Positions 1 through 10,275 of a DNA stretch of 36,739 bases are shown piece after piece; the first letter of the stretch is position 1; every line of letters starts with the position of its first letter. Both the position numbers and the translations under genes were made by a program. The DNA comes from Octopus bimaculoides (taxonomy: Eukaryota). Where the stretch lies: the NCBI RefSeq assembly GCF_001194135.2, contig NC_068994.1, forward strand, positions 35,783,022 to 35,819,760, written 5' to 3'. Below the pieces are notes generated by a model. It did not search any database and was not told where the DNA came from. It saw only the letters and a list, made by a program, of their open reading frames with translations.

Positions 1-57
<57 letters not shown>

Positions 58-155
58 CGAGCGAGACAGACAGAGAGACAGACAGAGAGACAGAGACAGA
101 TAGACAAACAAACAGACGGATCGATCGATCAATATATAGATAGATAGGTAGATAG
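1..155. repeat. (GA)n microsatellite grading into (GACA)n/(GATA)n
   Basis: Directly visible tandem repeats. Confidence 0.97.
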
Positions 156-599
156 CTTTGAGTATTGTTATTTTGAATTTCATCAGAATCAACGATATTG
201 TCTCAGCTACATTCCTATGAAGGGACAACTTGTGCATGATAAGTGGTTTTGCTTAGGAGTATATGCAAGGGGCAGTACTCCATTCAATTTGAGGGTGGGA
301 CATTCCAGAGATGGATTATTTCCCCTGCGCTATAAAAATCGCATTTTTGGGAGAAAACATTACGAAATCAGGAGCAAAGTAAAAATGGTGTTAGGGATTT
401 GAGAATGAGAAGGAGTAGAGTCGATATGAAGGAAATGTTGATGTTGGAACGAAGAGTGAGTAGAAAAAAAAATATATAAATAAATAAATATAAATGTAAT
501 AAACAAGTGTGTTTATTTGGTAAGGGGAAAATGACCACCCCGAAATATAACAATAATTAAATAAATAAAGAAGTGAAACTGCATAATATGATTTAAATC

Positions 600-745
600 C
601 TCCTTTGCAACCACAAGGTTTCCAGTTCAGTCACATTGCTTGGCAACTTGGGCAAATGTCTTCTATTATAGCCTTGAATCGACAAATGCCTTGTGAGCGA
701 ATTTTGTAGAAGGAAACTGTGATCAAGTCAGTTATACATGCTTGT
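600..745 (+). mobile_element. SINE family A, tRNA-like head only
   Basis: Matches the head of the full copy at 19915-20285 (GTTCAGTC B-box-like motif, CTTGGGCAA, GCCTTGTGAG, GGAAACTG). Confidence 0.8.
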
Positions 746-774
746 ATATATGTATGAAATCTGTCGTATATTCT

Positions 775-1242
775 TTTTTTCTTTTACTTGTTTCAGTCAT
801 TTGAATGTGGCCATGCTGGAGCACTGCTTTTAGTCGAACAAATCGACCCCAAAACTTATTCTTTGTAAGCCTAGTACTTATTCTGTTGGTCACTTTTGCT
901 GAACTGCTAATTTATGAGGACGTAAACACAACCCACATCGGTTGTCAAGTGAGGGTAAAAATACAGACACACAAGTACATACATACATACATACATATAG
1001 ATTACGTCATATGTAAACAAACATTTTTTTTTTTTGAAGCATTGAAATGTATTACTCTCTCTTGTTTCAGTCATTTGACTGCTGCCATGCTGGAGCACCG
1101 CCTTCAGTTGAGCAAATCAACCCCAGGACTTATTCTTTGTAAGCCTAGTACTTATTCTATCGGTCATTTTTGCCGAACCGCTAAGTTACGGGGACGTAAA
1201 CACACCAGCATCGGTTGTCAAGCGATGTTGGAGGGGGGGGGA

Positions 1243-1286
<44 letters not shown>

Positions 1287-1290
1287 AATA
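775..1290 (-). mobile_element. Two SINE family A tail segments with (TACA)n and (CA)n tracts
   Basis: Two reverse-complement copies of the family A tail (TTTCAGTCATTTGA..CCATGCTGGAGCAC..CCTAGTACTTATTCT) at ~775-960 and ~1060-1290. Confidence 0.85.
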
Positions 1291-2029
1291 GAGGTTGAAA
1301 TAACCACCTTAAGGGATAGAAAATATCCAATGAATTACTGGTTTGTTATCTATTATTTTGTTGTGAATAATAATATTCCTAAAATAATAGGTTTAAGTAT
1401 ATATCTTGGTTTATAAATGTTCAAATTAAAATCCAGAAAATAGAAGTAGCGTTAATATAATTTGTTAGCTGCGAAAATTCAACATGCTCATTTACAGATG
1501 TTTCAATTTTGCCCTCGCCAAAACGAAATTAAATTCCAATTATTAAAACATTTTATTGGGCTACATGTCCTCAGAGGAGTAAAAAAGACATATCATTAGG
1601 TTATTACATGTTATTCTTCCAAAACATCTCATGCTTTACAAGAATAACATGTAATCCAGATAAGACAACAAAGAAATCCTTTAACATATCTTCAATGATT
1701 TGTTCCAGTTGTCTCTGTATCAACTCTGACTGCAACACCAGTTTACACAAAAAATTCGAAGTGAAAATTTGCATAATGTTTGTGGTGTTAGATATTAGAG
1801 TGACACTTCATCAGACTTGCATCAAAGGTGTGCTGTCACATTGTATGTCTTCCAGACACTGTTTTTTTTTACTTATATCGGGTGGAAACAAAAAGTAAAT
1901 AAAAATATGGTTATGGGATGAGTAGAGCTCATGTAGTGGGGGCATAAAGAAGAAGAAGAAGAAGGTGGAGGAGGTGAAAGAGGAGGAGGAGGGGAGGGGT
2001 GATGAGGAGGAGAAGGAGAAGAAGGTGTG

Positions 2030-2260
2030 TGTATATGTATGTCTTTGATTCTATGTTTGTTCACCTCCCACCACTTAACAACTGGTGTTGGTTTGTTTAC
2101 ATCCCCATAACATAGCGGTTTGGTGAAAAAAGACCGACAAAATAAGCATCAGATTCGAAATAAATTCAGTGCTGGAGTTGATTTATTTGACTAAACCTAT
2201 CAAGGCTGTGCTTTAGCAATGTTGCCATCCAATGACAGAAATAAATAAAGAATAAAAGAT
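2030..2260 (+). mobile_element. SINE family A tail
   Basis: CCACCACTTAACAACTGGTGTTGG...TGACAGAAATAAATAAAGAATAAAAG matches other tail copies. Confidence 0.8.
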
Positions 2261-2494
2261 AAACGAATTCTCCCTTTTTTTTTTTTTAATTAACTTATAT
2301 ATTTTCCTTATAGTTCGATCGTCCTTCCTACACCCTCTCCTTCACTATATCACCCCCTCCCCAATATCGACACTTCTTCCCATTCTCATTTGCATATTAT
2401 CACTTTGCTCCAATCGAAAACGCCAGCTTCATGCAAGGGAAACAACCAATGTTTGACTGTTGCCTCACAAATGGTGTTGCTACATAATTTTACT

Positions 2495-4020
2495 TCATGA
2501 ATGCTTTTTAGGAATTGACATTTGGTGTATGAGAGAATTTGATGCAGCTGCCCTCATCTTCACCTGTTGCAAAGTTGGTTCATCTGGGACACTTGATAGG
2601 AAGAGGTCCAGCTTTATTTTGAAGACACCTACATCCACCCCATGCAAGTCTCTCAGGTCCTTTGGGAGGATATTGAAGAGCTGTGGACCTCTGAAGCCCA
2701 GGCTTTTGCAATATCTTGTCCTACATCTTGACGGCAAATTTGTAGTTCTTGGCACTATGCAGTGGCGCCCAGTTCTAGTATTTGTGTAACTCTCGATGCC
2801 AAAGTTTAGGACAAGTCCTTCCAGGATTTTCCAGATGTATATTATGGTATATCTTTCTTGCCTATGCTCTAAGAAATAGAGTCTTAATCTCTTGAGTTTT
2901 TTCTAATAGCTTATATGCTGCATGGAAGCTATCTTCTTTGTGTAGCTTTGTTGGATTGCCTCAAGTTCTGAGATCAATTTGACACTGGTTGGTGACCATA
3001 GCTGAGAGCAATAGTCAAAGTGGCTTAGGACAAGTGTCCTCCAGAGGACCATCATGGTTTCCTGATCTCTTGTTCTAAAAGTTCTAAGAATCCATCTGGT
3101 CAGCCGCCTACATTTCATTACCAATTTAGCAACATGCTCATAAAAGGATGCATCATTACTCATGTAAATGCCCAGTTCTAGCACTGACTGTGCCTCTGGG
3201 ATTGCAATCCCTCCAGGTCCAGTGTATTTAATGGGTATTGCATTTAATTTTGCATACTGATAGCACAAGGCTTGAAACTTTTCAGCATTAAACTGCATGT
3301 TATTCTTTTCAGCCCACTTGTATATTTCATCCAGCTCACATTGCAGGTGCATAGTGTCTTCAGGGTTCTGTATTACCTGTGAGACTTTTGTATCATCTGC
3401 ATAACTTGTGATCGTGGCTCTCTGTGTGGCTGAGGGCATGTCTGAGAGGGCCATTATGAACAGTAGTGGTCCCAAAACAGTGCATTGCGGAACACCGCTC
3501 ACTATTTGCGTGTCATTGGAGGTGGCCCCCTTGGCTACTACCACCTGATTTGTATCCTTCAGAAAGTCATGAAACCATTCTCCCAATTTTCCAACTATGC
3601 CGAGATCACGCAGTTTGTGACATATCATTCCATGATTGGCTTTATCAAAGGCCTTTGCAAAGTTGAGATATATCACTTCCACATTAGAGTGGTTGAGCAG
3701 CTGTTTCAGCACCCAGTCATAGTGTTGTAAGAGTTGAGTCAGGCAGCTTCTTCCTGGTCGGAAACCATGTTGGGTGTCAGGCAGCAAGTCATTTTCTTCA
3801 AGGAAGGCGATTAGTTTTCTTCCGACTATTCGTTCCATGACCTTGCTGATGCGCAAGGTCAGAGAGATAGGTCTGTAGTTCTTGGCCTCCGCTCTGCTAC
3901 CTCTTTTAAGAATAAGGCATATTTTACCCTCCTTCAGTTTTCTTGGAAGTTTGCCAGTTGCAAGGAAGTTCTGAAAGAGGGACTGCAGTGGTCTTGCTAG
4001 GACTCGCTTACATTCTTTTA

Positions 4021-4022
<2 letters not shown>
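2495..4022 (-). mobile_element. 5'-truncated non-LTR retrotransposon (CR1/L2-group LINE) ORF2: reverse transcriptase plus C-terminal region, pseudogenised
   Basis: Motifs NYRPISL, QHGFRPGRSC, YLNFAKAFDK, GVPQCTVLGPLLF, YADDTK, HFDYCSQLW and C-terminal RGPQLFNILP..VPDEP..RAAASNSL. ORFs 2903-4144 and 2495-2755 are in one frame, separated by a single TAG at 2903-2905. The N-terminal 40 aa of the listed ORF come from the adjacent microsatellite and SINE. Confidence 0.95.
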
Positions 4023-4074
<52 letters not shown>

Positions 4075-4079
4075 GTTTG

Positions 4080-4110
<31 letters not shown>

Positions 4111-4330
4111 GTGGTGTGTCTGTGTTTGTACCTCCTCCCATCACTTGGCAACCGATGCTGGGGTGGTTATGTCCCTGTAACTTAATGGTTCAGCAAAAGA
4201 GGTTGATAGAATAAAGACCAGACTCACAAAGAACAAGTTCTGGGATGATTTCTTTGACTAAAACCTTTTAAGGCAGTGCTCCGGCATGGCCACAGTCAAA
4301 TGACTGAAACATGTAAAAGAATAAAAGAAT
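4023..4330 (+). mobile_element. (TA)n(TATG)n tract plus SINE family A tail
   Basis: Microsatellite followed by the family A tail ending CATGGCCACAGTCAAATGACTGAAAC..AAAAGAATAAAAG. Confidence 0.85.
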
Positions 4331-4334
4331 ATAT

Positions 4335-4495
4335 GTGTGTGTGATGAGCTTCCAGACAGTTTACATCTACTAAATTCACTCACAAGTCATTGGCTAGCCT
4401 GAGGTGAGTAAAAGATACTTGGCCAAGGTGACACCCAATTGTATTGAACCCGAAACCATGTTGTTGCAAAGTGAATTTCTTAATCACACAGCCAA
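4335..4495 (-). mobile_element. SINE family A head
   Basis: Reverse complement of the head (AAATTCACTCACAAG..CCAAGGTG..GAACCCGAAACCATG..CACACAGCCA). Confidence 0.75.
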
Positions 4496-5227
4496 TTCAT
4501 ATTTGCAAACATTTTACTTTATTAATGCTTACTATCTACCCTGAGTATCTCTCACGTGTATGTATACACAAATGCATGTACATCTCTGTGTGCATATTTG
4601 TGTTAAGCATAAAAGCAGAAATGACAAAGTTTTTGGTGTTACAGAGTGCATTGGTATTTGGTGGGTTGGAGTGGCCTGGGCATTGAATTGTTATTTACAA
4701 ATGTCGACAATTTATAGATAATCAATAAAAAAAAACTTTTAGCCATTAATTAACCAAAACTATACAAATTTGTCTCTCTTTTTATATGTTTACTTCTGTG
4801 TATGTGTTTTGGAGTGTGTGTATGCGAGTATGTATTTCATGTGTATGTGTTTGTTCGTGTATGTGTATGCTTTCTAGGTGTGTGTGCATGCATGTGTGTG
4901 TTTGTGCTTTTGCGTGTGCATAATGGAATTGCAGACAATCGCAGGGGAATCAAATTTAACAGTGCACCTTTTGATGAAGAATCTTTAAATTAAAAAGTAA
5001 TTTAAGTGTTTTCTTAAAAAGAAATAAAAACAATGAATATATAAATTCCACTTTGCAATTATAAATCATTTTAAATCTTTAATTTGTGGCTAATATTTCT
5101 TGGTTACTATGACGTAAGAATTCAAGGGAAAAAATTGCAGCAAATATTCTAAATACTAGACAAAATCATGACGATATGTCTACCATTCCTTTTTATTCTT
5201 TTATTTGATTGTTAATATAATGTAGAC

Positions 5228-5610
5228 ACAGGGATGGCTATTTAATTAAGAAGATTGTGTCTCAATCATGTGGGCTCAGTTTCAGTTCCTTAACATGACA
5301 CCTTGGGCAAGTGTTTATCATAGTTCTGGTCCGGCTAAAGCCTTGTGAATGGATTTGGTAAAGAAGTCCATAGTGTATGTGTATGTGAATAAACACTGAA
5401 AGGAGCCCATAGTGTATGTCTATATACATGTGTTTGTGCATTTGTTTGTCCCCCACTACTGCTTGACAACTGGTGTTCGTTTGTTTGCATCCCCATAACT
5501 TAGTGATTTGGTAAAAAGAGACTGCTACAATAAATACCAAACTTAGAAAACAAGTACCCTGGTCAATTTGTTTGATTAAATCCTTTACGGCAGTGCCCTA
5601 GCATGGTCAC
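5228..5610 (+). mobile_element. SINE family A, full-length diverged copy
   Basis: Head, TG/TA spacer and tail, collinear with 19915-20285. Confidence 0.8.
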
Positions 5611-5680
5611 TCATTTATTTGACCAACAAAACTATCTGCTCATTAAATTAATTTGTAAGTGGCTGATTATTCCACGGACA

Positions 5681-5903
5681 TGTCTTTACATTTAAACCAA
5701 CCATATCTAGCTTAAATATCCAACCTGTTTTATGTTAAGACTGGCCAGTCCAACCTCTCATACCTACTCTACAATGTTACTCTAAAAATAAACAATCACA
5801 TCATCAAAATCTCAAAGCTATGAAATAATGCATGACAAATTTCAAACAACGTGAATAAATAAGCATTACATTTGACACAAAAATTTTAATGCTAAAGAGC
5901 TAA
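5681..5903. mobile_element. Probable non-autonomous DNA transposon (piggyBac-like MITE), degenerate ends
   Basis: Right end AATGCTAAAGAGCTAA resembles a decayed ..AAAGGGTTAA terminus. The left end CTTTACATT is a partial inverse of it. Family recognised from memory of Octopus repeats; no second copy in the window. Confidence 0.45.
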
Positions 5904-6109
5904 AATAAGAATTACTCAGAAACACAGAATTTGTGACAAGGCTATACTTTTGAATTATAAGTACACTCTGATATGAAGCACTTCCATACATGTTCCATTT
6001 CCCCAATTTCCCTCATAAGACTTGTCGATCCAAGGCTATTGTACAGGATGGTGAATGAAAAAGTAGCCCAGGTTTTGTAACATAGTGTAAATACAGTGTA
6101 GTGAAACCT

Positions 6110-6400
6110 CTCTCTCCGGTATTTAATTACAAATGACAACGAAGCGGCTTGGACTCTTGTGTGTCCGCCACCCTGATTGGTTCTTATTTGTGCGGCAATT
6201 GTCACCAGTTCTGTTTCGCGCCAGGGTGCATACAGTCCAATCGTGGCCTTCAGATAAGGTCACGTGAGAGAGAGTTTTTCTGCATTTCCGGTGAGCCTTT
6301 TCATGTTATATTACTTGTTATTGTGTTCGACCGTGTGACGCGTTTAAAGGAGTTTCTTCTGCATGTCGCCATTCTCCTTTGGTTCGCACGGTCGTTCATT
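6110..6400 (+). promoter_or_regulatory. CpG-rich Pol II promoter-like island with candidate first-exon donor
   Basis: About 18 CpGs in ~290 bp against a CpG-poor background. GC-box-like 6163-6173, ATTGG 6176-6180, E2F-type TTTCGCGCC 6214-6222, CCAAT 6237-6241, GTCACGTG 6259-6266, ETS-type ATTTCCGG 6284-6291, donor CCG|GTGAGC at 6290/6291. Strand is tentative. Confidence 0.7.
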
Positions 6401-6439
6401 ACAACAGGAACAAATTTACATTTATGTAAAAGAACTTAG

Positions 6440-6573
6440 CCTTTTGTTTGCAAGCATCATTGTGTTATTTTGACCAAGTCTAAAGTTGGAGCCTTATCAT
6501 TTCACATGTATACAACAATTAAAAGCCTACTTTTTCAGTTGAAATAACACAGTGATGCTTGCAAAACGAAAGG
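6440..6573. repeat. Inverted repeat with ~31-bp arms (6440-6470 and 6542-6573)
   Basis: CCTTTTGTTTGCAAGCATCATTGTGTTATTT vs AAATAACACAGTGATGCTTGCAAAACGAAAGG: two mismatches and one 1-nt indel. Confidence 0.9.
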
Positions 6574-7139
6574 TTGGTGCTTTTCTGTGTGTAAATTTAT
6601 GTTTGCATTTACACTATACTACGGAACCTGGACTACTTTTTGGGGCAGCACCCTATGTAGTGGGATTCAATGTGGGACCTTGAGATTGCTATATAACCAA
6701 TGATTCATCTGAGATTGTGTGTTTTCTAACTGAGACAATTACATCATGAAAGTGTCATGACAGACATTTAATACACAAATAGACAGTTACATTCATTTTT
6801 GTTGCATTTTTGAAATTTTATACACTATAAACTACCAAATGTTTCATGGTACATCTATGACTTACTCACTGATGCAGTTTCATGGATGTATTGTCATTTG
6901 ATATATTTAGAGATTTGCATAGTGTTGGAGTAAAAGCTGAAAAGAGTTAGATTCACAGAATCATTGAAGCAGGGTTTCTGAGTCATTGTTTGCACCAAGC
7001 TCCACTTTGATTTTCCCTCAAGAAAAGAAATACATGACCCATGAACAGACAAAGTTATTACGTACCACACATACACACACACATATCTTTTGTCTTTACA
7101 CTTATCTAAGAGAAAAATTTATTTTCTTTGGCAAATATA

Positions 7140-7425
7140 ACTGAGGGTTGGAAACAGGAAGGGCATTTGGCTGTAGAAAATCTGCCTCGACAAATTCTGT
7201 CTGCACTAGCATAGCTAGAGTGTGCTGACTGGGTCAGCCCTTCAGTTTGCCACCCTTGGGCCCCAACAAAAATTACATATTGCTTACAGTGGACCCAAAA
7301 GTAGTGCCACCCCCATAAAAGTGCTGTTTGCGGCAGACTTCCCCCTCCACCTCACTTTTGGTATGCTAGTGTCCATCTGATACATGCAAGCATCAAAAAG
7401 TAAACATTAAAACCATGATGATAAT
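7140..7425 (+). mobile_element. SINE/RTE-type tail (family D) interrupted by a MITE
   Basis: GGAAGGGCAT..AAAATCTGCCTC..TCTG | ..CATGCAAGCAT..CATTAAA..ATGATGAT. An uninterrupted homologue lies at ~29620-29750. Confidence 0.75.
7204..7371. mobile_element. 168-bp MITE, hAT-type (8-bp TSD)
   Basis: Perfect 10-bp TIR CACTAGCATA (7204-7213) / TATGCTAGTG (7362-7371), with imperfect extension. Flanks TCTGTCTG (7196-7203) and TCCATCTG (7372-7379). Confidence 0.8.
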
Positions 7426-7574
7426 TATATTCTAACTGATATTAGAGCACGGGTTTTCATACAATTTTGTAAATGCAAATTGTTACGTTTTACTAAAGGT
7501 ATGCAGTAGATGTGTAACTTGTTTGTCTATCAGACAGAGGCAAACTAAGTTATGTGCCTAGCACAACCATTTTC

Positions 7575-7745
7575 AGCCCATGAAGGAAACGCTACATGGT
7601 CATTCAATCTGCTAGAAATAGCTGTCAAATCTCCCTCAAATCACACCTTGTCATCTTAAAAAGTAGAAGAGTATAGTAGATTATATAGTCTTAAACCCCA
7701 TGAGAATGCGTTTTTATCATAGTACTGCTCAATCAGTGTTAAATC
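7575..7745 (-). mobile_element. Interspersed repeat family E (unclassified)
   Basis: CTGCTAGAAATAGC..AAATCTCCCTCAAATCACAC, homologous to ~23385-23465, ~30340-30540 and (opposite strand) ~32020-32400. Confidence 0.6.
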
Positions 7746-7974
7746 TGAAGCGAAAAAAAACATAAAAAAACAATAGTAACAACTACACTGGTTATAGTGC
7801 ACTAAGTGTTAATCATTATGACCATGTGACCACAGATGGGTACCTTAATGTAAAGGCCATTAACATCACATTATATTCTAAAGTAGAATATTGATCAGTA
7901 TGACTCTGGAGGATTATGGTGACTAATGTCCAGTTTAGAGGAAGTACACTAAATCTGTATCAGACTATACTGAA

Positions 7975-8235
7975 GTAATATATATAAATATATAAAATAT
8001 ATAAAAATATATATGAAAACATAAAATACATATAACTATATAAATATATATAAATATGAAAAATATATATAAATATAAAAATATATATAGAATAAATATA
8101 AATATATATGAATATATAAAATATATATAAGTATATATGAATACATAAAATATATATATAATCTATATATAAATATATATGAATATATATAAATATATAT
8201 GTATATATAAAATATATATATAAATATGTAAAATA
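7975..8235. repeat. Degenerate (TA)n / AT-only low-complexity tract
   Basis: ~260 bp almost free of G and C; source of artefact ORF 7960-8265. Confidence 0.95.
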
Positions 8236-8309
8236 TGAAGCTTCAAGACAGATCACATGGTACATAAAAATAAAAAGCTTAAATAAAGATAGAAAATAGT
8301 TTTATTTTT

Positions 8310-8730
8310 TTGCCTTTTACTCGTTTCATTCATTGGGCTGTGGCCATACTGGAGTACCACCTTGAAGGGTTTAGTCAAACAAATTGAGTCCAGTACTAAT
8401 TTTAAGTCTGGTACTTATTCTATTGGTTTCTCTTTTGCCAAACGACTACATTATGAGGATGTAAACAAACCAACAGTTGTCAAGTGGAGTGGGGAGATGG
8501 ACACTCATAAAGAAAACGACACACATGCACATTCCCATACATATATAAATACATGCACATACACACAAGTACACACGCATCCACATATGTATATATGACA
8601 AGTTTCCACACAGTTTCTGACTAAATTTACTCACAAAGCATTGATCAGTACAGGGTTATAGCTAAAGACATTTGCCTATGGTGCTACATGGTGGGACTGA
8701 AACTGAAATCATGTGGTTGCAAAGCAAAAG
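8310..8730 (-). mobile_element. SINE family A, full-length
   Basis: Reverse-complement tail, CA-rich spacer and head. Confidence 0.8.
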
Positions 8731-8925
8731 GGATATGGTCCAGTGGTTAAGATGTTGGTTTCACAATTATAAGATCAGGTTTCAATTCCCAGACAAAGCA
8801 GTATGATATATCCTAGAGCAAAGCATTTCATGTCACATTACTACAGTGTACTCGTATGAAAATAAGTACCAGGAGCATCAGTAGAGGTGGGATAACTTTG
8901 TGACAGACTGGAGTCCCATCAGGAG
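8729..8925 (+). mobile_element. SINE family C (tRNA-derived)
   Basis: TGGTCCAGTGGTTAAG (A-box-like), GGTTTCAATTCCC (B-box-like); homologous to 13165-13400 and 27113-27250. Confidence 0.7.
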
Positions 8926-8942
8926 GATTCTTCAAGGGTAAG

Positions 8943-9716
8943 TGTAGCGTAGACTCTATATATACGTACATTCAAACATAGCAGGTAAAAGCTAGCCTTC
9001 AGCCGCTGTTTGTATCTCATTGTGTCTACAATTCCAATTGGTTGGTATTGGTGTAATTTGTCTTCCATTCTGTTGTGCCAACTGACTGCAGAGAGCCAGT
9101 CAGAGACTTTAGATAGCATCACATGAACAACCTATTTCAAACCCTTTTTGAGCCTACTGTTCCTTATAAAAATCCAGCTTTTGCCTCATTATGGGTCTTT
9201 GATTCCAGTCCTTTTGAGGTCTAGCCACTGACCACACAAGACACGGCCAGTTCCAGTGACAACACCACAGCAGCCACGTCGAAACTTACCAACTTCGTCC
9301 AACAGCTTTCAGCAACCTCCATCGCCATCACCATCATCTTTTCAACATTGTCAACATCATCTCTTTACGTACACAACTCTTGTGTCTATGAACTTCTCAT
9401 TTCGATGGCTATAGACTCTTCCACTGTTTTCTTCATTGCTATCCTTATATGTACTTAATACACATGCATACATCTATGCTTACCCGCACACATACACTTT
9501 GTTCTCATGACAGCCTGTCTATTATTCTGTATACATGACACACACCCAGGCACACATGTTAACATATCAATAAATCTTCTCTTAACCATTCTACTCGGTT
9601 GTGTCTCTTTTTTCTCTCTGGCACTTATATGTCCAATTCAATTTATATTTATTGTAAAGACTGTGTGACCTACTAAGGAGCCATTCTCCTCACCTCACAT
9701 CACATAGTCACTTACA
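8943..9716 (+). mobile_element. Probable solo LTR (774 bp, Ty3/gypsy-like)
   Basis: Starts TGTA, ends TACA, flanked by TAAG on both sides (8939-8942, 9717-9720). Internal TATAAAA 9165-9171 and AATAAA 9569-9574 are in U3-R-U5 order. No internal retroviral coding sequence seen. Confidence 0.5.
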
Positions 9717-10124
9717 TAAGGAAAACAATCCACTTTGAGCATTATTTTGCTAGGAAAAGGCTATCATGATAGCACAAGTTGCTTGATTGGCTTGACTTGC
9801 TGATGAGTTAGATGAAGAGAGACAACATGCTTGACCCTTTTCAGGGGCTCTATAATGGTTGAAGTTGTCTTCAAATCAGCTCACACATAGAGTGGGCTCT
9901 GTTTAAGGTAACTAAGCTCCTTGTTGCAGTGCTAAGCTAGGTAAACGGCTAAGCTTGAAGGAGTATGGTAGGAAAATTAGCCAAGAATCCACTCAGTAAG
10001 ACTGATTCTGAAGCAATGTAGCTGTAAAACAAACCTGAAGAGATCTTAAGCTGCACCTATTTCTTTTTTGAATTTAATAATCTTGATTATTGAAGCAACT
10101 TCAGAAGAATTACTACTATCACCA

Positions 10125-10275
10125 TCATCATCATCATCATTGATGTCTGTTTTCCATGCTAGCATGGGTTGGATGGTTTGACCAGAGCTGGTAAGGCCAG
10201 GGGTTGCACCAGGCTCCATTGTCTGTTCTAGCATGGCTTCTATGGCTGGATGCCCTTCCTAACACCAACCATTCC
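10125..10275 (-). mobile_element. Family D / RTE-type 3' tail with (GAT)n
   Basis: (CAT)n then TTTCCATGCTAGCATGGGTTGG..GGATGCCCTTCCTAAC, the reverse complement of the tail at 17420-17666. Confidence 0.8.

Noticed and set aside
217-402. 61-aa ORF and a TATAAAA at ~330
   Set aside because: No recognisable homology, no supporting promoter context, length expected by chance.
805-1287. 160-aa ORF
   Set aside because: Made of antisense SINE A tails and CA/TACA microsatellites; the same peptides recur in other SINE-derived ORFs (e.g. 20009-20242, 33478-33699).
1608-1898. 96-aa plus ORF and a protein-like minus stretch (QSELIQRQLEQIIEDMLKDFF)
   Set aside because: No family recognised, flanked by stops, no convincing donor; cannot be supported without BLAST.
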